In this document: one piece after another, positions 27,043 to 42,904 of the stretch | Position numbering within the stretch: position 1 is the stretch's first letter | Layout: each line of letters starts with the position of its first letter | Assembly: GCF_009914755.1 (NCBI RefSeq) | Contig: NC_060936.1 | DNA from: the human T2T-CHM13v2.0 reference genome, Homo sapiens | Reading direction: 5' to 3' (one strand) | Length of the DNA: 64,000 nucleotides | The notes under the pieces: generated by a model | What the model was told of the DNA's origin: nothing | The model's database searches: none | The model's input: the letters and a program-made list of their open reading frames with translations, nothing else | Position numbers and translations under genes: made by a program

Positions 27043-28384
27043 TGCTTAAAATGGTAAATTTTGTTATGTGTATTTTGTAAAAATTAAAAACAACACAGGA
27101 CGAAGAGATTAATGGGGCACTCTTTGCCTGGTGAATTTTACTGTTGGAGAACCCTGAAGGGGAAATTGTCTCTTGGGACTGTTGGGCATACTTCACTGAA
27201 GCCATGTGCAGTGGTGGGACTCGATTTGAAAACAGCTACTCTAGAGATCAAAAGGCGAAGAAAATAGAATGCTGGGGGGTGTCTCCATGGCACAAGAGTG
27301 GGCAGGACATGTACAAAAAAGTCCAACAGGATTCAATGTGATCAGGAGAGGATTCACTGACAAACAACAAACAGAAAAAAAATGCAAAGGAAGACAAACA
27401 TAATAAACAACCTGTGGACAGTGGGGCTCTGATGCACTGTCTCCCCCAGACATGCAGGAATCAGGCAGAAATGAAGTTCCCCGCTCAACATGCCCTTTCT
27501 GTCTTCAACACCATGCAGTCTCAATAGCAGAGGTAGCATCCTTACAGGAGCAAAATTTGCTGGTGGGGTTGGTAGGGAGCACAAAATAATGCAAGCCTAG
27601 ATGCAGTATACAAACAGATATGCAATACATCTGCAGCATAAACATTTCATGGAGGGAGGGAAATGATTAGGAAATAGTCTTAAAAGTCTCCTTAGGCTGA
27701 GAGAGGTCAATAATGAAAAACAAAGTTGAAACACTGCCTTACACAACAGCCACACACAAACACACAAACACACACACAATCGTAAAACAGAATAACAGCA
27801 AAAACATCTAGTTATAATAAAACAACGCAATAGACAGATCATGTGTGAAAACCCTGAAAAAGCAAGTCAGCAGGAATAAAAGAAAATGTGAAAATTAAAC
27901 GTTTGAGAAATAATTCAACAGCATTAGTAACAAAAAGAATCAACATAAAATTACGAATTACTTATTTTCACTGATCAAACTGAAAAATATTTTAAAAGTT
28001 TGCGTTTTCATTGCTGGCAGAAAATGTTGAAGTATGCACCTAACAGGATTACTAGGAGGTCAAAAAATTACTGTAGGCTTTATGGAGGGTGATTTGACAA
28101 TTGCTTTGGAAGTGAACATACCAATTGCCTCAATACTTTCTCTCCTATGTATTTATCTCAAGCAAATAAACTAAAAAATTAGAGGCTTCTCTGAGATAGA
28201 CATTTCTATCTCAGAAAAAGTTCAAGCAGAAATAAGTGGCTGACTAGTGAGAATTTCAGTGAAACTTTCTCATAAAGATAATGGTAGGATGAAATGCAGT
28301 ATCACATCTGAAATGTTAAGAATTAACTGTATGCTGTAGAAACAGAACTACATTAGAACTATGAAGATGTTCTAGGTCCTAATT

Positions 28385-28620
28385 ATAGTAGCAATAATAA
28401 TAAAATTAATGGCTCATATTTATTAAGCTCTCAATGTGTGCCAAGCACTGTTTTAAGCATATTTGCATGTTAACTCTAATACTACAAAATGCCTCTGTAA
28501 TGTGGGTGTTACAATTCTCACTCACCATGAGCAAAATAAGGCACAGAGTTTCCAAGCACCCTGCTGCAAGGCAAACAGTGCATAAGTCACAGAACCAAGG
28601 TCTTAACCAGGCCACTGTGT
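28385..28620 (-). mobile_element. MIR
   Basis: ATATTTATTAAGC...TGTGCCAAGCACTGTTTTAAGC...AAGGCACAGAG. Confidence 0.7.
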
Positions 28621-29104
28621 CCACAGTCTTATCTCCTACTTTGCCTTTCATGAACTGGCTTTGCTTGAAGTCAGTACCTGAATGTTGTTTCTCTTTAACT
28701 CCGCTCTAGTAACTCACCAGATCTGTATGCCCTTCCCAAGTTACAAAACACTTGCAGCCACAGTTATGTTATTTCATTTTCTCAACAAGCCTTTGGAAAG
28801 GGTGAGATAGCAATATTACCCATTTGTGTGGAAACTAAAGCTCAGAGGGGTTTGTTTTGTCTTAGAGACTTCACAATGAAGTATGGGAGACACTCCTGCT
28901 ATAACTCAATGGCTCCCAACTGAATACAGGCTGCTAAGCTCAACTTGGACCTACCTGAGATGCCCTTTGATGACAGATGCATGTTATTGCACCTGCAATA
29001 TTTCTCAGTCAGAAAGATGATATGATTCTATGTGTCCAGCTTGTCTTGTGCACACCCGTTTTCTACTGTTTGTGTTCTAGAATGCCAACTGTTTGCTTCA
29101 TTAT

Positions 29105-29630
29105 TGTTTCAAGGATCTATCACCCCATCATAAACTACTCCAAATTAGGAGCTTAAAGCAATCATTTATTTGCTCACCACTTTTGTATCAGCAATGCAGA
29201 CAAGCTAGGATGAGAGGGGCTTTCTCTGCTCCACGATGTTTGGATCCTTGGCTGGGATGTCACAAATAGTGGTGACTCAACTGGGATCACACACCTCAGG
29301 CCTCTGTGGTCACTGGCGGCCTGGTTACTTGGGTCATCCCTATCCACATGGCTTGTGTGAGCTTCCTCACGGCATGGCAGCCGCAGAGTGGCTGGAGTTC
29401 TTACACAGTGCCTGGTTTTCCCCAGAGAGAAAGCAAAAGCTGTTGGACCTCTTATAGACTGTGACTGGAATCATCACAGTGACCCGTTACCACCTTCTCT
29501 TGTTCAAGGTAAGTTATACTGCTAGCCCAGATACAAAGGGAGGAGAAATTGACTCCCTTTCTTAACAGTTTGAGTGTAATGTGCGTAGAAAGAGGAATAA
29601 TATTTATGATAGCCATCTCTGGAAACTATC
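29105..29630 (-). mobile_element. MLT1 (G/H-like) LTR
   Basis: GCTTAAAGCAATCATTTATTTGCTCAC...GAGCTTCCTCACGGCATGGCAGC...CCCAGATACAAAGGGAGG. Confidence 0.65.
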
Positions 29631-31116
29631 ATAACAATTAGATCTCTTATTAAAAAATTAATATAAGCATTTGATAAAAAATTCAAATCGTGTAGATATA
29701 TCTACTGCATCCAATGCTAAGAGATCTTTGTGATTTATGCACTGTGCACTTGCATTGCATAGAGAGAGGGAAGATGTGGGATTTCTTTTTGCCCAAATAG
29801 AAACATACTATATATGCTCTTCTGCACTTTATTTTTATATGGGGGCAGGATGTAGGTCTGATTAACTTTTGCATTTCTGCCATACTGCCAAGTCTATTTG
29901 TGGAAATGTGTTTTTTAGTAATGTTTTCCAAAGGTATTAAATTAGGAGACACAAACTCCAATGCCCATAGCAGCCTAACAAGTGACATAAATGAGTGTCA
30001 GAAACCAGGCTAAGGCAATTGGGAGTGGTGGGGACTGCGGTGTCCTGAAGATCTAATGCCACCTCTGAGGCAAGCAGCTGCTACTCTGCTCCTGGCCTTT
30101 GCTGCTATGCAGAAACACAGGCCCAGCATTGCCACATCTTCTAAACTTTTAAAGAGTAGCCTGAAACCCAGGACCCTGCATATAAAACCCCCTGAACTTT
30201 GGCTACTGAAAACCAATGTGATTTTAAAAGCAATGACATGTAGGCCAAGAAAATATACCTATAGGCTGCATTCAGCCTTGAGTCCGCCAATTTACACCTT
30301 CTGCAATGTTCTCATTGAGGAACCCCAGTGGGTACCATGACTCCCTCCTTCTAAGCTGTCTTTCCTAGGTTTCATCTTCCCACATATGGGCAATGTTAGA
30401 GGCACTTCTGCCTCATTTTATAAAATTTGGCCATTTTATACCAGGCCTTAAAGAGAAGAAGAGATGGAGTTAAGTGAGAAAAATATGGCTATGTGGGGAG
30501 TAAAGTGAATATTCCAAAAGTAAGTATCCTCTGGGATTGAAGAACGAACGAAGTGGACAATTATTCAAGTGACTCTTCTGTCTAAACTGGCCTTGGGTAA
30601 GAAAATATGCCCGTAGGCTGCTCTGTATTTTTCTACTCTGGGTGGCCTAGCAGCCTACCTGGCCCAGGTGATGGCTTTCAGGGACCACACTTTAGCTGGG
30701 CAATGCACAGCTTTTCCGGGTTGTTATGTACAATTTCAGACTAACCCTCAAGGTCTACCCAGGATGATTAATCTTGAAATAATTTCAGATGCCATTTATT
30801 ATGGCTTGGAGCTTAGGAATATCTTCAGACCCATTGATGGGAACACTGACTCCTGAGCACAGTCATTTGAGGTGTCTTTAAACAGAAAATTTCAATGTTA
30901 TCTCAGTTGGGACACACTTTTTCAAAAGCACGATCGGTTGCCAAGAATAACAGGACTTCATATTGCAGAGTGAATTCAGAGGATCAAACTCCAGGAGCCT
31001 TCGGATGTCTGATTATTGGATCATCCTGTCTGGCTGCATAAGATGCATCCACGATATTTACTTGGTGCCCACAATATTCCAGGATTGTCCTAGTTGCTTA
31101 TACGTATTTGTTCTGA

Positions 31117-31420
<304 letters not shown>

Positions 31421-31824
31421 CCCTTGCCATCTTTCTACTTGAAAATGAGATTGAAAGTTGTTTCAGCTCAGATCTGAACTAAACACTTTTTATGAACCAA
31501 AAGTTCCCACCCGCGGGGCTTAAGAGTTGCATTAGTGCCAAATAATTGACTTAATTATTTTTAGCTTAATGAAAAATGTCTCATTTTCTACTTGATTGAT
31601 TGATTCTGTATCCTTTTAAAAATTTTTTTGGTATGACACAACTGTCTGAACTATGTCTAGCTCTGTTTATATTCTGACTTGGAGGAATTCTGGGAGCCAA
31701 ATCATAGCTAAACGTGTGAATCTTCACTAATCGAAATGGGTGGAATTTTCTGTAAAGATGCAAACTGGCTTGACTGTGTCCAGTTATTGCTCCTGAATCC
31801 TAACTGCAGTGAATGGAGGGAGGG

Positions 31825-32050
31825 GCAGTGTACTACGCGAGAGGGTGGGTCCTGAAAACTAGACATCCCTGGGTGCTAGCCCTGTGTTGAACCTCTTTCT
31901 CGTGCAGATTTGGACAAATATTTATTCTGCACTTTAGTTTCCTTATCTGTAAAATGAATATGATAAGAATTATGTTTACTTACAATATAAACCTCTTCAA
32001 TGAGTAGAAGCAGTGAGAGACATAGTATAAGTAATCAATACACGCTAAAT
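31825..32050 (+). mobile_element. MIR
   Basis: TTAGTTTCCTTATCTGTAAAATG core. Confidence 0.6.
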
Positions 32051-32089
32051 GTCTCAGAAGTCATCTTAGAACATTAGTAGAATGTATTT

Positions 32090-32250
32090 TTTATAGTTTG
32101 ATTTTAAATTCACAAATAGTAACTGTATATATTTATAGAACAAAATGTGATGTTTTGATACCTGTATACATGGCGGAATGATCCAATTAGGCAACTTAGT
32201 ATATCATCACCTCAAATATGTATCATTTCTTTGTTATATGAACATTACGT
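32090..32250 (-). mobile_element. L1MA 3' end fragment
   Basis: TGTATATATTTAT...TGATGTTTTGATAC...ATCACCTCAAATA. Confidence 0.65.
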
Positions 32251-32430
32251 GTTTTTGGACTAAGTGAAACAGAGACTGTTTGGAAAGCCATAGAAAGTAG
32301 CCACCCTCTTTTTATCCTCACACCAAAGAAAAGCTGACCACTTGCTAACCAGCCCACTTATTTCACCTTAAAGTAAATTGAATCTGGAACCCTGGATCAT
32401 TCTATGAAATTTTCCAAAAAGCTAGTCAGA

Positions 32431-32757
<327 letters not shown>

Positions 32758-33436
32758 TAAAATCTAGTGAGAAAGCAAAGTAAACTCAAGGAAGTCCTGG
32801 CTTTGCGATTTTGTTTTGTTATTCCTAAGCACTGCCTCACCTGCTCTAGCGTGGGAGCTGAGTCGTCAAGGGGAAAGACAATGAAATTGCTCTAAGTTAT
32901 CATCTCTCCAGGCATTGTTCTGTAATAACTGTCACTGCTAACAGAAGAGGCCTCCCTCCTGCAGTGGGAATACCAGGGGTGGGCACTGTCAAGAGACCCA
33001 GCTTTGACTTCAAATGCCACCCAGAGGGACAACTGCTCACTTTCAGAGCAGGAGCAGGAGGCCAGAGGAGAGTGTGAGTCTAACATCTGCACAGTGAGAA
33101 GTCCAGGAGAAGCAAAAATGAGATCCAGGCTGGAGCGGCTGTGCCAGAGTAACTGTTCCAGCGGGTGTGGGGGAGGGTCCCCCAAAAAGACTTACCTGGA
33201 CTGAATGGGAAATAATAGAAAATAGGAGCAAGAGACTGTCACTTTATAATAGGTTCTGTTATGACCTCCTACAACAATATGTTAGAAATTATGATTTCTA
33301 ATATGTCTATGATACAGATAGACATATAGTTAGAAAACTAAATAAAGAGACAGATTTTGAGCTAGGTATACTTACAGATACAGACATTGATATCATAGAT
33401 AAACATGTTCTTTATTTTTATATTGTCAATGTTTGT

Positions 33437-33989
33437 GTTGCTGGAAAAAGGGGTCCCTATGATCCAGACCTCAAGAGAGGGTTCCTGGACCTCCCACAGA
33501 AAGGGATTCAAGGTGAGTTGTAGAGTGTAGTGAGAAGAGATCATTTATTGAAAATTCTTCAGATTCAGAGTAGGGTGTCCTCAGAAAGCAAGAGGAGGAA
33601 TGCCCTGTCTTTGTTTTAAACTCTTCTTACACAGGGGTCTCATCTACATAAAAGCTAAGCTATCTCTGTGTGTGGGTGGGCTGACAATGTGACAAGATGT
33701 AGTACTTTGGCCATTTAAAGAAAGTTATCCTTGGCATTTTAGTTTATAAGTACATGAAAGCATGATTGTACATTTCTTAAAAGCATATATTGTTATGTGA
33801 TATTGGGACATGTGGACTTTCTGCTGTTGTAGGAGTTTGTCCTTGCAGGCATTGCCAAGCGGTTTCCTCTGCAGTAAACATCTTATGACCACGGGTCATA
33901 ACTGGCAAGGAATGTGTGTTGCGAGTTTAAAGATGGAGTTAATTTTAAAATGGTGACACCTGGCTCTCTAGGCGCCTGCTTTTCTAACT
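33437..33989 (-). mobile_element. MER41-family (MER41C/D-like) solo LTR
   Basis: GATCCAGACCTCAAGAGAGGGTTC at the U5 end; minus strand begins GTTAGAAAAGCAGGCGCCTAGAGAGCCAGGTGTCACCATTTTAAAATTAACTCCATC. Confidence 0.75.
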
Positions 33990-34635
33990 TTTCTAGGTAT
34001 AAACCTAATCTTCCTTGCTAGATCACAACCTCCAATGATCTATTTTTCATCTTCAGTTGTCCCAAGCACTAGCTTGTTCTGCGAGCGTCTCGTGGTCATG
34101 GAAAACTGATAAAGCACAGCATGAGAGGCTCAATGGATAAGAAATTATAAAGAATCACTAAATTTGCATAGGTGTTTTGATTGTGACCTACCGAGGAAGG
34201 AAGTGGAGAGGGTGTGTGGGAGGGAGGACAGCAGATGTGTAGACACGGCTTCATTTGCCTCCCACCGGGAATTTTGCCCGAGACTTATGGAGAGAATGGC
34301 CATTGGCAGAGACTGAAAGAGTTGATTTGATTCTCTGAGGCCTGATGCACTTGGTGAATTGTTTTGGGGTCTCTGTGGCATTAGGATAGGGGCTTTTTTT
34401 CTTTTTGTTTGTTTTGTTTTGTTTTTTTGGTCAAATGTCCTGTGTTTCAGGTTTCAACCAAGACTTTGGGAAACCAGGACTACTTGAAACCCTGATGGAC
34501 TGCAGTGTTCAAAGAAGGAGGGAACAAAACCCTCTGGAAACCTCTGGAATTAGTGGCTGGGAAATAGCCCTTGGTTACTCTATGGACAGCAGATGTCCCA
34601 GACAGAGCCAGAGCCTAAGAACATGGGAGGTTTTT

Positions 34636-34935
34636 TCGTTGTGGTTTTTGTTTCTGTTTTGAGACAGAGTCTCGCTCTGTCACCCAGGCTGGAGCACAAT
34701 GGCATGATCTGGGCTCACTGCAACCGCTACCTCCTAGGTTTCAGCGATTCTCATGCCTCAGACTCCCGAGTAGGTGAGATTATAGGTGCCCACCATCACG
34801 CCTGGTTAATTTTTATTTTTTATAAAAATGGGGTTTCACCATGTTGGCTAGGCTGGTCTCAAACCCCTGACCTCCAGTGATCCACCTGCCTTGGCCTCCG
34901 AAAGTGCTGGGATTACAGAGCCGCTGTGCCTGGCT
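34636..34935 (-). mobile_element. AluS
   Basis: Antisense Alu; 16-bp TSD AACATGGGAGGTTTTT (34620-34635 / 34936-34951). Confidence 0.93.
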
Positions 34936-35286
34936 AACATGGGAGGTTTTTAAATATCTGTGTTTCCAGAATGAACCGGTGAGTCTTTGAAGTCCTTGTA
35001 TGAACAGGACTGGGCACAAGTCAACCAGAATAATTTGCAGACATGCAAGCTGTTTGTATCCAGCGGATCAATAGCAACCTGTTTTAGCTTTCCATCTTTC
35101 TTTAAGGAAATGTCCTATCTCCAATACTACTGTGAAATTCTAGAGCATAAGAAGAGAATAAAGTCTTGATGTAGGGTTTGGTTGGTAGGCAGAGCTCCAC
35201 CCCACCATCTCCTTGGTGACAGTGCCCCACTCGTGAGAAGGGTACTGTTTCTTCCCTGGTGTTAGTGTTACCTAGTATAATGCCTA

Positions 35287-35465
35287 TGTGACATAGCTGA
35301 ATTTCTACCCTATCCTAACTCTGCTACTCTTTAAGGATGCCTGCAATAAAAAGTTCCCTTTTTAACCAGACCAGCTGAAACTGATTAGAGCCAAGATAGC
35401 CAACCAAATGACTTCAGGAAGACCTCAGGCTTCATTATCATCTCATTTCCATGCTAAAAAAACCC
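35287..35465 (+). mobile_element. ERV1 (MER4-group) LTR fragment
   Basis: CCAGCTGAAACTG...CCAAGATAGC...ATCTCATTTCCATGCTAAA resemble MER41/57/66-type LTR motifs. Confidence 0.45.
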
Positions 35466-35828
35466 AGCTCCCTAGAACAATGGGAAATATTGGGCACTTC
35501 ATCAGGCGAGTTCAGGTGCATTTCTAGAGATTGTCCAGGTGAGTCAAAGAGCAAATGCCATGAAGTAGCCTCAGCCCTTTGGGTCATGGGAAACCATTTT
35601 TGAAATAATATTACATATTTGTCAGAGTTTGAGCTGGGCAAGGGATTAGCCTTTTCTCCAACTTCACAATCAGATTAAGAGGAAACAAAGCCTCAGGACA
35701 AATTCTGCCATACACATGAGTATTTGATAATTAATACATATTATCAATAGGAACACAGCGGTCCATACATTCTGTAAACTGTACGATACCCAGATCCTCT
35801 ATCCTTGTAAGTGATCCAACTACACATT

Positions 35829-36537
<709 letters not shown>

Positions 36538-37024
36538 ATGCCATAAAAGATCCCCATGGGACAGTTATGACAATGTTCTAAAAGAAGAAATCCATCACAG
36601 TTGGCATCTGGCAACCTGAATTTGCCATCTCAGTGACTGGATGGAGGGTGGTTTAGGGGTTTGACTTCATGTGCTCTCCCTACAAGTATAGAGTATGGGG
36701 CTTATGAGATGGTGAGACCTTGTTTTGCAGGTGTGAGGAGTGACTGATTCAGTTTATTCCATCTGCCTTTCTCGTCAATGAAAGCCCATTTTCTACATCC
36801 ATGTTGCTAGAGAACACACCACTACACTTTCCAAGGAAATAGCATTTCTAGATGAATTACACTAGCTAGTGAGACCTCCAGTGTTGAGCAGACATAGAAA
36901 ATGGCAGCTGACAGGCTTTAGTGAGAACTTCTGGACTGTGGACTTTCTAATTAGGCATTTGCTAATCAATGCAGGAATGTGAGTGTTTGATTACTGAAAC
37001 TGCTACCCCAGGAGGTGAATTAAA

Positions 37025-37410
37025 ACTAATTACCTTCATAGAAGCAGAGAGTATAAGGATGGTTGCCAGGGCCCGCAGGGAAAGGAAAATAGGGAGATAT
37101 TGGTCAAAGGGTACAAAATCTCACTTATGCAGGATAAATAAGTTGTGGAGATCTATGTACTGCATTGTGACTATAGGTAATAATCCTGTATTATATACTA
37201 GAAATTTGCTAAGGATTGAAATATTAAATGCTCTCACTAAACACACACACACACAATGGTAATTATGTGAGATGAGATATGTTAAATAGCTCGATTGTGG
37301 TAATTATTCCACAATGCGTATGTATTTCCAAACATCATGTTGTACACCTTAAATGTCTACAATTTTATTTATCAATTGTATATGGATAAAGATAGAAATT
37401 TAAATAAAAT
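37025..37410 (+). mobile_element. L1MA 3' end
   Basis: CATAGAAGCAGAGAGT...GGTCAAAGGGTACAAA...ACATCATGTTGTACACCTTAAAT. Confidence 0.85.
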
Positions 37411-37830
37411 ATATACTCTTTTACATCGCATTGTCAGAACTAAAGAAGAAAGGAGACTTCCAACATCATGACATGAATCGTTTCTGATGATGTCTAAATC
37501 TCCTCACAATTCCAACATCAGTTCCACTTTCCTTGAGAAAAATAAACCAGAATCTTTGTTTGGCTATAATGTTTCCGACAGTCTGAAAAAGAAAGGACTA
37601 TCTTATTAGTAGCATCCAGAATTTTAGTTTTGCATATTAAGAAAGGTGCCGAACACCCTAATCTCTCTTTTTATGTGGATTATGGACCCAGGGAATTTGA
37701 TACCCATTCTGAGAAATTGTGTAAAATTGAGTAATTCCAATTAGGTCTTTAAATTGAACAATGGTGACAACACCAGCTCTTTTTCCCTAGTAAAATAAAC
37801 AAGGAAATATTTAAAGAAGGAGGATGCTTG

Positions 37831-38456
37831 TGTGGTAAGAGTTATTAAGAAATTATTTTAGGCGGATAGAGATAAAAAGGGGTACTTGGGAAATTTTCAT
37901 TTTTAAAGACATTTCCTGTCTAGCTGGAAAGCCCCAGCTGTTAGAGCCAGGTGGGCAGCCTTTGATAAGCAAATGAGAACCATTAGAAACTAGGTCCACC
38001 CACACATGGGGATTCTGGCTGCCTTCTTGCCCTTGCCCCACATGTTCCTGGCAACATGGCCACCCCCACATATCCCCACGTGTGTGGAACATCATGGCGG
38101 CCTGTATTTGCATATTAAAAGGCTAGGGTGGGAGGGTCAGTTTTTTCCAGGGCTACGTAAATGACATGCCTGGTCAAACCTATCCCCTAAGCCCTATGCA
38201 AATCAGACACCGCCTCCTCCAGCCTCTACATATACCTGGCGGGTATCCACCCAACTTGGGGTTTCCTCTTTTGGGTTTGGAGACTCCTCCTCTCTGTCTC
38301 TGTACGAGGGAGCTTCTTCCTTTTGTCTTCTCCCTTCCTTCTTGCCTATTAAACTCTCCGCTCCTTAAAACTACTCCACGTGTGTCCCTGTAGTTTTTTT
38401 CTAATTTGACTTGAGAAGAAGAATCTGGTGTTCCTCCACTAATCAGAGCCATATCA
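37831..38456 (+). mobile_element. ERV1 solo LTR (LTR27/MER50-like)
   Basis: TGTGGTAAGAGTTATTAAGAAATTATTTTAGGC...ATTTGCATATTAAAAGGCTAGGGTGGGAGG...CTATTAAACTCTCCGCTCCTTAAAAC...ATATCA. Confidence 0.75.
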
Positions 38457-39761
38457 CCTTCAGGTGCTGGTAACAATAATAGAGAACCATCCATATCCAC
38501 AAGAGGCAGAACCTCTTCCAGCAAAATGGTGCTGCCTCACCCAAAGGTAATTAGTGGCTATCAGGGCAGACAATTGTTGATGTTGTTCATGTCCCAACTC
38601 ATTTGTTGGGCTCACAGTAACAAATTTTATTTTGATTTAGTTATTTTTATAACCTGGGGATTTTAATGAGGCTTTCCTTCTGACCAGTTAGAGCATCAGA
38701 AAGCCACCCTCTTCCCTGCTGCTGTCATTAGGAACCAGGAGGCACATGAGTGGGGCTTCTCCAAGCCTCTTCACTCCATCCCTCTGACCATGGTGGCCAC
38801 AGTTAAGTGTTAGGATTTTGAATAGGTTGAGCTGATTATTATGAATTTTCAATAAGGTGGAGCTGATTATTAGTATGAGTTCTGGGACTCCTAAGAAATT
38901 ACCAGATAAAGATACTACATTTTTTCCTCAGGTATCACTAAGCATATAGATTATAGAAGCCTGAGATGGTGAGTGGAATCTGAAAATGAAATCTAACATT
39001 TACCAAAGACACAGAGAAGGAGGAAGAGACTGGATTCGTTATTCCGGCCCCTGAGTCTAGTCAGTCAGTTCTACTCTTGGGCTTTGTAGTTCTGTTCATC
39101 AGTGAACTCTTCTGTTTTGTTGAAACCAGTTGGAGAAGGGTTTCCAGAAACCTGCACTTGAAGAGCATCAGCTGGCACAGAGATCTTGGCTGAACCCACT
39201 GCTGTGTTTGACTAGGAATGAGAGTGGGCACACGGAGAGGGCAGCCCACCAGGCAGGTGTGTCTCACATCACTGGGGAGCCCTTTTCATTCAAAGATGAC
39301 CAGCTTATAAAAGACCAGTGATGGGAAGTCCCAGGTAGGGCCCCCAGGACCTACAGCAGGGGCCAGCAAAGAATGGTCAGCCGTCTCTCTACTGGGTCAG
39401 AAAGAAATAATGAAAGGGGCTGAACTTGGCCATGTGAGCTGTCCAGCATGGACGCCAGACCAGACCAAAATCCAGATTCAGACAGCTGCTCCCTATAGCG
39501 GGGGAAACCCCAAACACAGACAAGACAAAGCAGCACAGCAACTTCCTTACCCAGACCACTGGCAGTCCCAATCCTTCTCCACCCCTCAGGTTGCCTGGTT
39601 ACTGGACATGCGGACATTCACTTTGATTATGCTCCATTCGAGAATGCTAGAATGAAAATGTGGGTAAATGGTGAAGGAATTCAAGGAAAAGAAAATGCAC
39701 CCACCATGTTTATGTTATAATACCATGCTGGACCAGACATTTTGTCATTCAAGGATGAATG

Positions 39762-40553
<792 letters not shown>

Positions 40554-40686
40554 ATTGGATGTGGGCCATCAAAATTTTCACCAACATAATAGGAAGGAAA
40601 ATATACAGTCTTAAGATGCAATGGGAGATGTTTTAACAAGGATTTTTACTAAAGGAAACTTCTTTTTTCCTTTTGTATAAAATTTC

Positions 40687-41122
40687 TGTGAACCCAGAAA
40701 ATCTGAGACAGGTCTCAGTTAATTTACAAAGTTTATTTTGCCAAGGTTGAAGACACGCTGCTGATAGCCTCAGGAAGTCCTGATGACATGTGCCCAAGGT
40801 GGTTGGGGTACAGCTTGGCTTTACACATTCCAGGGAGACATGAGATGTCAATCAATATATGTAAGAAGTACATTAGATCCATCCAGAAAGACAGAGACAA
40901 CTCAAAGCAAGCTTCCCCCTCCCACACTGAGAGCTTTCAGGTCACAGGTAGGTGAGAGACAAATGGTTGCATTATTTTGGGTTTCTGATAAGTTTTTCCA
41001 AAGGAGGCAATCAGATACGCATCTATATCTGTGAGCAGAGGGGTGACTTTGAATAGAATGGGAGGCAGGTTTGCCTTAAGCAGTTCCCAGCTTGAAAGGG
41101 CCCAGGATATTTTCCTTTCACA
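40687..41122 (-). mobile_element. MER4A/MER4A1 solo LTR
   Basis: TGTGAACCCAGAAAATCTGAGACAGGTCTCAG...ATTTTCCTTTCACA; 4-bp TSD TTTC (40683-40686 / 41123-41126). Confidence 0.88.
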
Positions 41123-41409
41123 TTTCTTAGACAGCCCAGACTTTATACCCACAAATAGGCTGCCCCTGTGGGCAGAGGTAAGAGAGTTTTCTTTCTTTTC
41201 ACTGAGGCACCTGAGCAGTTTAGCTGTAAATATTGTCTTTGGTCCTCATCTATTTTGGAACTGAAGGAATTAAGGAGAGAAACCTGGGCAAAAATTTAAG
41301 AAGCTGAAAACAGTTAAGTTGAGTGACAGTACTCAATTTCTCCCATCTCCTGTGTGTATTATTAAAGTAAAAGGTTGAGGTAGATAAAAGCGTTCACTCT
41401 GGCCCAGAA

Positions 41410-41649
41410 ACTCCCCTGTTTTTGTGATAGTGAATAAGTCTCATGAGATCTATATAGTTTTATAAAGAGGAGTTCCCCTGCACACGCTTTCTCCTGCTTG
41501 CTGCCATGTAAGACATGCCTTTCACCTTCTGCCATGATTCTGAGGCCTTTCCAGCCATGTGGAACTGTGAGTCCATTATCCTCTTTTTCTTTATAAATTA
41601 CCCAGTCTTGAGTATGTCTTTATTAGCAGCATGAGAAGAGACTAATACA
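41410..41649 (+). mobile_element. THE1 LTR, 5'-truncated
   Basis: GTGAATAAGTCTCATGAGATCT...CCAGCCATGTGGAACTGTGAGTC...GACTAATACA. Confidence 0.88.
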
Positions 41650-42580
41650 TCCCCTCCACCCGCTCTGCTGCCTCATTTTTCACCAATATCCTGTCTTGAA
41701 GCCTTCACAAAGTATAAAATTGATTCTTCCAAAGGCATGGGTTATATACACCATGTAGCTAAGAGAAGGTAGGGAGGAGAGTGTTTTCTCACAAATTAGC
41801 ACATCCCAGAAAACACGTGGAAGAAATGAATCCAGAGATACCCAGAACATCTGCAGTGAAGCTTGTTTAGAAACTTAATCACGAAAGTTCTCCATGGAGA
41901 GAATTTCTGGAGTCAGGCAGGCATTTTTTTTTCTTTTTTTTTTCCTCCCTGTAATTGTGCCTCTTATTCCAGAGACAAATGGAATTTTTCTTTGGGGTTC
42001 TAAGGCCAAGGTAAGTTCTGTGCCTTAGGATCAGGCATTGCCATTGATGTCAGCAGCAAAGATGGATTCATTATTAATGCTCCCATAGATACTTAAAATT
42101 CAGAAGTCAGAAACCAAAGAGGACCCTTAAAAAATCTCCATGCTATCAAGCCAGCACTTAGACATTTTCTTTCTTTGGTTACCATCATGGAAATGAAAAA
42201 AAAAAATAAAAATCTCAAAATAGCTACAAAAGTGGACCTGCTCAAAATATCAATAATTCACATTAAAAATGGATTCTGGAAGTCAACTTCTGATTATTAA
42301 GGTGGCTTATTTCATCCTGGTGTACCCTTTCTCCCATTTGTTTTTCTTTTTTCTTTTCCTGCTCTCTTCAAGGCCTGATACAAAGCTCTGTCATAATCAG
42401 TAACTGTTTTTCTGTGTGTGAGTACTTTAATCCTTTTCTGTGCAACCACACTGAAGTCTTTAGCAATTAATTAGCAATTCAGATGCAGACCATCCATAAA
42501 GAGCTCAGCATGGAATAGGTGCTCCATGAATATGAACTGTTATTACATACACGTGCATGATTTAAGAAATAGCCAGTTCT

Positions 42581-42904
<324 letters not shown>

